This document shows, in pieces, positions 49,301 to 56,911 of a DNA stretch of 64,000 nt. The notes under the pieces are model-generated. The model saw only the letters and a list, made by a program, of their open reading frames with translations. It was not told where the DNA came from and ran no database searches. The translations under genes were made by a program, and so were the position numbers. The number at the start of each line of letters is the position of its first letter. The first letter of the stretch is position 1. The DNA is from Chryseobacterium gleum. GTDB lineage: Bacteria; Bacteroidota; Bacteroidia; Flavobacteriales_D; Sanyastnellaceae. The DNA lies in NCBI GenBank assembly GCA_945874695.1, contig CAMCHP010000002.1:23473-87472 (forward strand), given 5' to 3'.

Positions 49301-52300
49301 CGCATCGGCTGTTTCGGCATCGAAAGCGAAAAGTGAAATTTCAACCAGGTCAGAAGTGCTTGCATTCGCACACACGCCGTTGTTGATGGTCCATTGAAGC
49401 ACGGTTGTTCCTAAACCGATGCCGATCAACGGTGAGTTCGGGTTGTTCACGTCAACGATGGTTGCTGAACCTTGTACGAGTGTCCATGAGCCCGTTGCCG
49501 GGAATATCGCCGGATTGGCTGCGAGCATGGTCGCCTCTTGCGGTGAGCAAAGTTGTTGATCAACACCGGCATTCGCATTCGCTTGCGTTTCATCGTACAC
49601 CGTTATGGTCATTTGATCAGACGATCCGCTGCCTGCGCATGAACCGTTGTAAATCGTCCATTCGAAAATGTTCACCCCGATGCCCAATCCACTCACTTCG
49701 GAGTTCGGGTCGTTGATGTCAGCAATGCTGCCCGACCCTTGCACCAGTGTCCATGTTCCCACTGCTGGGAATGGCACGGTGTTGGCTGCAAGGCTTGTGG
49801 CTGTGAGCGGGGTGCACAAGAACTGATCGCTTCCTGCTGCGGCAACAGGCGTTGCTGGATCAAACACGAATATGCTGACCGTGTCGGTCGTTATTCCGTT
49901 CAAACAAGGGCCATTGTTGATGGTCCATACGAATACGTTCTCTCCAAGGCCGAGTCCGCTAACTGTAGCGTTCGGATTGTTGATGTTGCTGATCGTGCCT
50001 GAACCGCTAATCAACGACCACGAGCCTACGGCGGGCGCATTTGGTGTGTTGGCGTTCAACACCGTCGACGTGCTCGGGAAGCACAATTCTTGGTCATCAC
50101 CCGCATCGGCGGCGGCGTTGAATTGGTCGAAAATAAAGATCGAAACGAAGTCTTGTGTGAATGCGCCACAGGGGCCATTCTGAATTCGCCAGCGGAAGAT
50201 GTTCTCTCCGGGTGTAAGGTTTGTGACCACGGTGTTCGGATCGTTCACGTTTGCAATTGTACCTGATCCGCTAATGAGCGTCCACGTGCCCACGGCAGGG
50301 AAAATGGCCGCGTTGGCCGCCAAATTGATCGACGCCACAGGGGTACAGAGTTGTTGATCAGGCCCCGCGTTCGCTGCAGGCTGATTTTGATCAAAAACGA
50401 AGATGCTTACGACATCGCTGGTCAGCGCGTCGGGGCAATTGCCATTGTCAACAGTCCATTGGAAGACGTTCTCGCCAACGGGCAATCCGGTCACGGCCGA
50501 GTTTGCACTGGTTGGATCAAGCAATGTTCCACCGCCGCTCACCAAAGTCCACAAGCCAGTTGCAGGACCACTTAATGGACTGCCTGCCAATGTAGTTGAA
50601 GTATTCGGTGTGCACAGCGATTGGTTCGGACCGGCGTCAGCCGCTGCGAGGTCGGCATTGAAGACGAAGATGCTTACGGTATCGGTACGGTCTTCGAGGG
50701 CGAGGCAATTGCCGTTGAAAACGGTCCACACAAAGACATTCTCACCCAGCGCGAGGTTTGTAACCGCTGTATTCGCGTTGTTCGCGTTTTGGATGTCACC
50801 CGAACCGCTGAGGAGCGTCCATGTGCCAATGGCTGGTAACGCGACGGCGGTAGCAGTGAGGTTGGTCGCGTCAGTTGGGGTGCATAATTCTTGATCTGCA
50901 CCGGCATTGGCAGGGGCGATGCTTGAATCATACACTACGATGCTCACAAAGTCTTCTTGCACGCCACATGTCGAATAGTCAAGGGTCCAAGCAAAAATAT
51001 TTATGCCTACTCCTAAACCTGTGATGAGGGAGTTCGGGTTGTTGGGTTCAACAATCACCCCTGAACCGCTGACCAAGGTCCAGGTACCAACGCCTGGATC
51101 GAGTGCGGGCGAAGCCGCCATGCTTGCACTGTTCAACGGGGTGCAAAGGATTTGATCAGGGCCAGCATTGGCTTGCGGTGCCCCTCCGTCGAAGACGAAA
51201 ATGCTCACCTGATCACTGGTATTGCCACACGGACCGTTGTTGATGGTCCATTGGAAGATGTTTTCACCGATGGCCAGGTTTTGAAGGGTTGCAGTTGGGC
51301 TCGATGGGTTAAGAATGTCGCCACTTCCTTCAACCAAGGTCCACATTCCGGTGCCGGGTATTTGTGGGGTATTGCCTTGCAAAGTCGTAAAGTTATCAGG
51401 CGTACACAAGAACTGATCTTCGCCCGCATTGGCTACTGGAGCATTCGGGGTAAAGACCGAAATCACAACTTGATCGGTAGAGATGCCTCCACACGCGCCG
51501 TTGTTCACGGTCCACTGAAATACGTTGTTTCCGATGCCCAGTCCGGTAACGTTGCTGTTCGGATTGCTCGGAGTCGCGATGTTCCCCGAACCACTCACGA
51601 GTGTCCACAAGCCAGTTCCAGGCGCTGTTGGCGCATTGCCCTGCAAGCTTGTTGAATTCGTTGGTAAACACAGCTGCTGGTCGGCACCCGCATTGGCTGT
51701 CGGCGCAGTGCTGTCAAACACTTGCAAGGTCACCTGGTCGCTGGTGGTTGTGGGGTTACACGCGCCGTTGTTAATTGTCCACTGCAACACAACGGTGCCA
51801 ACACCCAAGCCACTTACGCTCGTGTTGGGGTTTGTTGAATCAGCCAGCACCGCGCTTCCTGACACCACGGTCCATTGACCCGTTGCCGGGAACACAGCCG
51901 CGTTGGCGGCAAGGGTCGTTGTGGTGTTGGGTGAGCAAATTTGTTGATCGGGACCAGCGTTGGCATCGGCCTGATCGTTGTCAAAAATGGTGATGACGAT
52001 GGTATCTACTAAACTGCCGGGCGCACACGGCCCATTGCTGATGGTGTATTGGAATACATTGTCACCAATCGCCAAGCCGGTTACGCCGGTTGTTGCCGCA
52101 CTCGGATTGGTGATGGTTCCTGAACCAGAAATCAAGGTCCATTGTCCTGTCGCAGGGAAAATAGGCGCTGTACCTGCAAGGGTTGCCGCGCTTACAGGTG
52201 TACAGAAGCTCTGGTCGGCACCAGCTGTGATGGTTTGGTTGTTGTCGAAGACAAATATCGAAACCAAGTCGAGGGTTGAGGCGGGCGGACAGGGGCCGTT

Positions 52301-55300
52301 GGTGACAGTCCAGCGGAAGGTGTTTTGACCAACCGACAAGCCGCTTACCGTGGTGTTCGGATTGTTTGCATCAGCAAAAATGCCGGTTCCAGAAATGACT
52401 TGCCATGTACCCACGGCCGGATAAGGTGTAGCGCTTCCCGCGAGTGTGGTTGACGTTTGTGGCATGCAGAGCTGCTGATCAACGCCCGCATTGGCCGCCG
52501 GCAGTGCCGCGTTGTGCACGGTAATGGTGACCTGATCGGAGGTGAATCCTGAACAGGGGCCATTTTCGACCGTCCACTGAAACACATTATCTCCAACCCC
52601 GAGGTTCGTTACGGTTGTATTGAAGAGGTTTGGATTGGTAATCGTTGCTGATCCAGAAACGAGCGTCCAAACCCCTGTGGCTGGAAGCGTAGGCTGGTTG
52701 CCCGCGAGGGTTACCACCGGCGAGCTTGAGCACACGACCTGGTCCATCCCGGCGTTAGCCGGAGACAATGCACCCTCAAAAACCGTGATGGTCATTTGAT
52801 CAGTGCTTGCCGCTCCGCAAGGGCCATTTTGAACGGTGTACACAAAAACGTTTGCGCCAACGCCCAAGCCCGTTACAGCGGTGTTTGGATTGGTTGGATC
52901 AACGATTGTGCCTTGTCCGCTTTGCAAGGTCCAAGTACCTACGGCTGGGAATGTGACCGCGTTTCCTTGAAGGGTGGTTGTTGGGTTGTCGCTGCACAGG
53001 AGTTGGTTTGCGCCCGCGTCGGCAGGGGCTTGACTCGCACTGAACACGAAAATACTGACCTGATCAGTGCTTACGCCGGGTGCGCAAGGGCCGTTATCGA
53101 TGGTCCATGCGAAGATGTTTTCTCCAACACTGAGGTTGGTAACCGCCGTGGTATTGCTGTTTGCATTGGCGAAGGTTCCCGAGCCGCTAACGACCGACCA
53201 TGTTCCTGTTCCCGGGAAGATGACCGCATTGGCCGCCAGGTTCACAGTGATGGGTGAAACCGGGTCTTCACAGAATGATTGGTTCGGGCCGGCATTGGCT
53301 GCAGGCGCATTCTCGTCATAAATAAAGATGGTCACCTCATCAAAGATTGACTTTCCGGGGCAAGGGCCGTTCAAAATCGACCAACGGTAAACGTTAGCTC
53401 CGATGCCCAAGCCTGAAATGGAGGCGTTCGGGTTATTGACGTTTGAAATGGTTCCTGTTCCTGAAACGAGCGTCCACTGTCCAACGGCTGGGAAGGGCGC
53501 CGGTTCAGCTTGCATGATATAGGTGCTTGTTGGCGTACAGAACGACACGTCTTCGCCGGCATCGGTGGCATCAATGTCGTCGCCGAAGAGGGTAACGGTC
53601 ATTTGATCGGATGTTGGCGCGCCGCACGGGCCGTTACTGACCGTCCATTGGAACACATTGGTTCCCATGCTTAAGTTGGTTACCGCACTGCTCGGATTGT
53701 TGGGCTCCACAACGGTTGCTCCACCTGAAATCACGCTCCAGGTGCCGCTTGCAGGAAATGCAGTTGCAACGGCTCCGAGGTTGATCAATGCTTCAGCAGG
53801 GTTGTTGACGCAAATTTGTTGGTCTTCACCAGCTGCCGCTGGCGGATGGTTGTTGTCGAATACGGTAATGACTACGTCGTCAAACGAACCGGTGGTGGCA
53901 CACGGTCCGTTGTTGATGGTGTAGCGTAGGATGTTTTCGCCGATCGAGAGGTTAGATGCAAGCGCATTTGCTGCTTGTACATCGGAAAACGTAGCGCTTC
54001 CTGAAATCACCGACCATGTGCCAAAGCCCGGACCAACCGGTTCAACCGCTTGAAGGGCGTATGACGTTGTTGGTGTGCACAATTGGGCGTCGCTGCCCGC
54101 ATTGGCAACGGCTACCGCACTGTCATACAAGGTAATGGTAACGGTATCGGTGAGCGGACTGCTGCATGGTCCATTGTCAATTGACCACATGAACACGTTA
54201 TCTCCGATGCTGAGGTTTGAAACGGTGGTGTTCGGCGCGTTCGGATTGGCAAAGGTGCCGTTGCCCGAAACGACCGTCCACACTCCTGTTGCGGGGAAAA
54301 TGGGCGTGTTTGCAGTGAGTGACGCAGATGTGAATCCGTTTGAGCAGAACGATTGGTCATTTCCTGCGTTGGCTGCTGGATGGTTGACATCGTAAACAAA
54401 GATGCTCATTTGGTCGGTCTTCACGTTTCCATCGCATGGCCCGTTATCGAGGTTCCATTGGAAAATGTTTTGGCCGATGCCGAGGTTTGTGACCAGGGCC
54501 GTGTTGCTGTTGATGTTGAAGATGGTTGCTGTTCCTTGCAAGATTTCCCACGTGCCAACCGCAGTGTTTCCTGGATTGTTCGCCTGCATCACATAGGTAT
54601 TTGCATTCGAACACAATTCGGCGTCGGGGCCGGCATTGGCGTCGGGCACCGCGCCATCGTAGACCATGATTGTGGTGTTGTCTGACACCACCTCGCATCC
54701 ATAATCGAGCGTCCATTGGAAAACGTTCGGGCCAAGTCCCAAGCCGGTTACTGGCGTTGTAGGGTTATTGGGGTTGATGATGGTTCCGCTTCCTGAAACC
54801 AATGACCACGTGCCCGTAACAAGCGGATCAGGATTCACCGCGGTAAGCGTAGCATTGGATACCCCGTTGCACAGCTCTTGATTGCTGCCGGCATCAATTG
54901 GCGTATTTGGGTCAAGCACAACAAATACCACGTCAATTTGGCCCGTGAAGCCAAAGCGGTTTTCAACGGTGAGGGTGAGGGTATCGCCCCCCACGTGGTT
55001 GAACGGAGCGGTGTAAGTGAAACAGGTGTCAAAAGGTGTTGTGGGCGGGGTAACGGTTACGTTACCGATGTTGCCCTCGACATTGATGATGTTGTGGTCA
55101 TCGGAACAACTGAAGACCAACAAACAGTGGTCGATGCTTTCGCCTTGACACAATGAACCCACGGTGTAAATGGTCGAAGGTAAAAGTGTGAAAGGATCGA
55201 GAAACTCGAATGCATCGTTGAACCCCGACAAATAGCCATAGGTTCCAGTTGCGCCACCATTTCCGGTGAGGAATCCTGCGTGAAAAAAGCCTTCGGATGT

Positions 55301-56581
55301 AATGATGTTGTTGTCGTTCAACGACGCATTGGGGAGCGCAACAGCGATCCACCCGGGCTTGCCGGGGACGTTATTAATTACGGCGCCCGGTACGTTGTTG
55401 TATGGAACCCCATTCACAGTCAATGTTGAAACGGCCTCTGCAGGTACGGTGAGGTTCATGACCTGATTGATCGTGTTCACCTGAAATTTGGAGAACTCAA
55501 TGTAACGGCTGCCCGTGCACTCCACTTGAGGAATGGCAGACATGCCCACTTCATCGTCTTGCGAAGCACCGGTGAAGTGATAGCAGTAAGCTACTTTGTT
55601 CGTTTGGAGCAAGTGAGGCGCACCCATTGAACCTGTCAATGTGTAATCATAGACTTGACCTGCATTGAGCGTGGCAACGGGTGTTGCATTGCCGTCGAGG
55701 TAAACTTGGGTATTGTTTTCGGTGGCCACGATGATGGCGTAGTCGAAATTTCCGGTGTTATCGCCCTTGACAACCACGAATTCTAAGCCCATGAGGTCAA
55801 TTGGTACAATTTGGTCGGTGCCGCCATCTGCGGCGTTTCCGCCAGCGATGCGGGTGTGGCTCGAGCCAGAATTCACCACAATGTCTTTGTCGGAGGTGAT
55901 GTGCGAACCGGCCACGTGTTCAATCGGGTTGTTGCCACGAATGAGGTACGATTCACGCGCATTGAGGGTAATGGTGTGCGGATTGGGCAAATCGCCGGCA
56001 CCAGCCAAATACATGTTATAGGGCGTTTCAATCGTGATGGTGGTGTTGTCTTCTAAGGCCATCACCGAAATGAAGTGATACTCATTCGGACTGTAGGTTG
56101 CGTTCATGTTGCGCACTTGCGAACCCGCCCAGAAGTCTTGTCCTTTGGCATTGCGGCCTTTGAGTGTGACCAGGGTTTGGTTAAACTGCCCCGAGATTTT
56201 GTGTACACACTGAATGGCCTGTGACGCAGTTATGACTAGGCCTCGCGTGACGTCGACCACATTGGGCACATCGGTTTGACCGAGCACGGGTGTGAGGTTA
56301 ACCTGTAAAGGAGAACCGGAGACCACAACCCCGTCAAATGTCCACGTTGTGCCATCGGCGGTTTCAATGTGCACATTCACCGGATTCGGTGAAGGGGTGG
56401 TGATGAACAATTCTGATGGCGTGTTGTGGCCACTTTGACCCGTATTCCAGATGGGGGGCATCCAGAATTCGGTGTCGAATTGCGCGTGTAACTGCATTGC
56501 AGAACAGAGCGAAAGTACCACGGCCAGCGTCATGTGGGCCAAAGAGTTCAGCGAGAGCTTCATAAGATCGAGTTTCGTCAT
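46364..56581 (-). CDS. giant (3405 aa) cell-surface repeat protein with T9SS type-B (gliding motility-associated) C-terminal domain
   Basis: Signal peptide. N-terminal region of about 520 aa (FDTEFWMPPIW..., possibly IgGFc-binding-N-like). 31 tandem modules of about 89 aa. C-terminal 95 aa carry AFSPNGDGINDVFEI...NRWG...YLKR. Confidence 0.92.
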   Translation of the reverse strand: MTKLDLMKLSLNSLAHMTLAVVLSLCSAMQLHAQFDTEFWMPPIWNTGQSGHNTPSELFITTPSPNPVNVHIETADGTTWTFDGVVVSGSPLQVNLTPVLGQTDVPNVVDVTRGLVITASQAIQCVHKISGQFNQTLVTLKGRNAKGQDFWAGSQVRNMNATYSPNEYHFISVMALEDNTTITIETPYNMYLAGAGDLPNPHTITLNARESYLIRGNNPIEHVAGSHITSDKDIVVNSGSSHTRIAGGNAADGGTDQIVPIDLMGLEFVVVKGDNTGNFDYAIIVATENNTQVYLDGNATPVATLNAGQVYDYTLTGSMGAPHLLQTNKVAYCYHFTGASQDDEVGMSAIPQVECTGSRYIEFSKFQVNTINQVMNLTVPAEAVSTLTVNGVPYNNVPGAVINNVPGKPGWIAVALPNASLNDNNIITSEGFFHAGFLTGNGGATGTYGYLSGFNDAFEFLDPFTLLPSTIYTVGSLCQGESIDHCLLVFSCSDDHNIINVEGNIGNVTVTPPTTPFDTCFTYTAPFNHVGGDTLTLTVENRFGFTGQIDVVFVVLDPNTPIDAGSNQELCNGVSNATLTAVNPDPLVTGTWSLVSGSGTIINPNNPTTPVTGLGLGPNVFQWTLDYGCEVVSDNTTIMVYDGAVPDANAGPDAELCSNANTYVMQANNPGNTAVGTWEILQGTATIFNINSNTALVTNLGIGQNIFQWNLDNGPCDGNVKTDQMSIFVYDVNHPAANAGNDQSFCSNGFTSASLTANTPIFPATGVWTVVSGNGTFANPNAPNTTVSNLSIGDNVFMWSIDNGPCSSPLTDTVTITLYDSAVAVANAGSDAQLCTPTTSYALQAVEPVGPGFGTWSVISGSATFSDVQAANALASNLSIGENILRYTINNGPCATTGSFDDVVITVFDNNHPPAAAGEDQQICVNNPAEALINLGAVATAFPASGTWSVISGGATVVEPNNPSSAVTNLSMGTNVFQWTVSNGPCGAPTSDQMTVTLFGDDIDATDAGEDVSFCTPTSTYIMQAEPAPFPAVGQWTLVSGTGTISNVNNPNASISGLGIGANVYRWSILNGPCPGKSIFDEVTIFIYDENAPAANAGPNQSFCEDPVSPITVNLAANAVIFPGTGTWSVVSGSGTFANANSNTTAVTNLSVGENIFAWTIDNGPCAPGVSTDQVSIFVFSASQAPADAGANQLLCSDNPTTTLQGNAVTFPAVGTWTLQSGQGTIVDPTNPNTAVTGLGVGANVFVYTVQNGPCGAASTDQMTITVFEGALSPANAGMDQVVCSSSPVVTLAGNQPTLPATGVWTLVSGSATITNPNLFNTTVTNLGVGDNVFQWTVENGPCSGFTSDQVTITVHNAALPAANAGVDQQLCMPQTSTTLAGSATPYPAVGTWQVISGTGIFADANNPNTTVSGLSVGQNTFRWTVTNGPCPPASTLDLVSIFVFDNNQTITAGADQSFCTPVSAATLAGTAPIFPATGQWTLISGSGTITNPSAATTGVTGLAIGDNVFQYTISNGPCAPGSLVDTIVITIFDNDQADANAGPDQQICSPNTTTTLAANAAVFPATGQWTVVSGSAVLADSTNPNTSVSGLGVGTVVLQWTINNGACNPTTTSDQVTLQVFDSTAPTANAGADQQLCLPTNSTSLQGNAPTAPGTGLWTLVSGSGNIATPSNPNSNVTGLGIGNNVFQWTVNNGACGGISTDQVVISVFTPNAPVANAGEDQFLCTPDNFTTLQGNTPQIPGTGMWTLVEGSGDILNPSSPTATLQNLAIGENIFQWTINNGPCGNTSDQVSIFVFDGGAPQANAGPDQILCTPLNSASMAASPALDPGVGTWTLVSGSGVIVEPNNPNSLITGLGVGINIFAWTLDYSTCGVQEDFVSIVVYDSSIAPANAGADQELCTPTDATNLTATAVALPAIGTWTLLSGSGDIQNANNANTAVTNLALGENVFVWTVFNGNCLALEDRTDTVSIFVFNADLAAADAGPNQSLCTPNTSTTLAGSPLSGPATGLWTLVSGGGTLLDPTSANSAVTGLPVGENVFQWTVDNGNCPDALTSDVVSIFVFDQNQPAANAGPDQQLCTPVASINLAANAAIFPAVGTWTLISGSGTIANVNDPNTVVTNLTPGENIFRWRIQNGPCGAFTQDFVSIFIFDQFNAAADAGDDQELCFPSTSTVLNANTPNAPAVGSWSLISGSGTISNINNPNATVSGLGLGENVFVWTINNGPCLNGITTDTVSIFVFDPATPVAAAGSDQFLCTPLTATSLAANTVPFPAVGTWTLVQGSGSIADINDPNSEVSGLGIGVNIFEWTIYNGSCAGSGSSDQMTITVYDETQANANAGVDQQLCSPQEATMLAANPAIFPATGSWTLVQGSATIVDVNNPNSPLIGIGLGTTVLQWTINNGVCANASTSDLVEISLFAFDAETADAGEDQEFCFPTTQTTLDANATTGAAVGAWQVISGTGTFADANNANTLVTNLSIGENVFAWVIDNGPCGFSSDEVTIRIFDPEAPVAAAGDDQFFCTPISTTVLNGNTPATPGTGTWTLVSGMGTINAINDPNSALSGLTIGENIFAWTIYNGPCAEPTVDFVSIFIYDENHPDAQAGLDQELCLPQNSTLLNATPAIFPAFGTWTLLEGSGSIGDINDPNSFVSGLTLGANTFVWTINNAPCDFALNPDTVTIYVFEEDIIPASAGNDQLFCSPVAETTLTAAPLTSPNTGTWELLAGTGSIDAPFEPTTGVSALAVGENVFVWTVYNGPCDLALSSDTVSVFIFDENQAPADAGVDQELCLPVNSTFLEANAPIFPATGFWQVLSGSGTIADVTAPFTQVSDLGAGTNVFQWTISNGPCEDAVTTDTVNILVFTEDAAAANAGPDIDVCTPVSEVTLQAVAPTEPGTGTWSIVSGSGSISNSNDPNAVLSGLPTGTHILQWTVYNGPCLNNNTFDFVTVTVFDATNAPADPGPSQEICAPDSEVQLNAVAPIFPATGAWSVLSGSGSISDVTDPQATISGLNIGTTVLSWTVSNGPCEDASSAITTITIYNPDSPDAAAGDDQEFCTPFGGAVLAANTPLQPAVGTWTLISGAGDITNVNAPNSTVFNLGLGENIFVWSIYNGPCANGLTTDTVSIFVNDLSVAAADAGQDQALCGAPLELQLQGSETIGNTATGTWTVLEGGADFENVNNEATYISNLQPGVNTFLWTVDNGFCGITSDEVTIVVFDPELPTAFAGTDLEVCEDDFNIFNLPASEVEFPASGTWTVLEGPIDIGDLSDPSSTVWSLGSIQSPLTPVVSTIVWTVDNGPCGTSADSVSFTLLDCLTLEIPDAFSPNGDGINDVFEIPNLFKYDNNSIKIFNRWGALVYEAAPYKNDWDGRSQHPATIGEELPVSTYYFILDLGELNIPVYNGFIYLKR
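46367..46651 (-). other. type-B T9SS sorting domain (CHU_C / gliding motility-associated CTD)
   Basis: CLTLEIPDAFSPNGDGINDVFEIPNL...IFNRWGALVYE...WDG...YYFILDLG...GFIYLKR matches the remembered TIGR04131-type pattern. Confidence 0.8.
46652..54898 (-). repeat. 31 tandem coding repeats (about 266 nt / 85-93 aa each)
   Basis: Manual parse of the translation. Every unit contains AG-x-[DN]-Q-x-x-C ... G-x-W-x-[LVI]-x-x-G ... N-x-x-V-x-x-L-x-x-G-x-N-x-F-x-W-T-x-x-N-G-x-C ... [IV]-x-[IV]-[FY]. Copies are diverged, with no long identical DNA stretches noticed. Boundaries are approximate. Confidence 0.85.
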
Positions 56582-56814
56582 CCCCCGATTTCCGGGTTCG
56601 TCACGACTCGTTTATACGGCATTCAATAAAATAGTTACACCCTTTCGACAAGTGCAGTGCTCAAAATCAAGCCTTAAGTGTTCTGGAAAATAATTTTCGT
56701 TTGAAACGAAACCTTTCAGGGCGTGCTCGCGTATCAGAGTATATAGACCGCCAAAATTATTGTGAAGGTTTTGGTTGACTCATCAAACGGCGTGTCTTAA
56801 ACTGAAAAAGCTAG

Positions 56815-56848
56815 GCGGGATTGCGAAAGTAATCCCGCTTCGTTTTTT
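56815..56848. terminator. second hairpin with flanking T/A runs (orientation ambiguous)
   Basis: GCGGGATT gcgaaagt AATCCCGC is a perfect 8-bp stem. It is followed by TTCGTTTTTT on the plus strand and by CCTAGCTTTTT on the minus strand. Confidence 0.35.
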
Positions 56849-56861
56849 ATATGCCCCAAAC

Positions 56862-56894
56862 AAAAAGGGCCACATCGAATTGATGCGGCCCTTT
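56862..56894 (-). terminator. rho-independent terminator of the S8 peptidase gene
   Basis: On the minus strand GGGCCGCATC aatt GATGTGGCCC forms a 10-bp stem with one G-U pair, followed by TTTTT. It lies about 20 nt past the stop at 56912. Confidence 0.6.
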
Positions 56895-56911
56895 CGTATA
56901 AATGATCTTAT

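Noticed and set aside
46652-54898. Periodic repeats as a CRISPR array or DNA-level satellite.
   Set aside because: The period is about 266 nt, the repeats lie entirely inside one long ORF, and the units are diverged at the nucleotide level. There is no short-repeat and spacer structure and there are no cas genes.
46400-56100. Dozens of plus-strand ORFs of 60-167 aa antisense to the giant gene (for example 46752-47174, 47808-48233, 50403-50894, 51152-51655, 52796-53257).
   Set aside because: They tile the repeat array periodically and have low-complexity Ser/Pro/Val/Ala-rich composition. They are explained by the codon bias of the repeated sense frame suppressing antisense stops. The sense ORF is continuous for 10.2 kb with clear domain logic.
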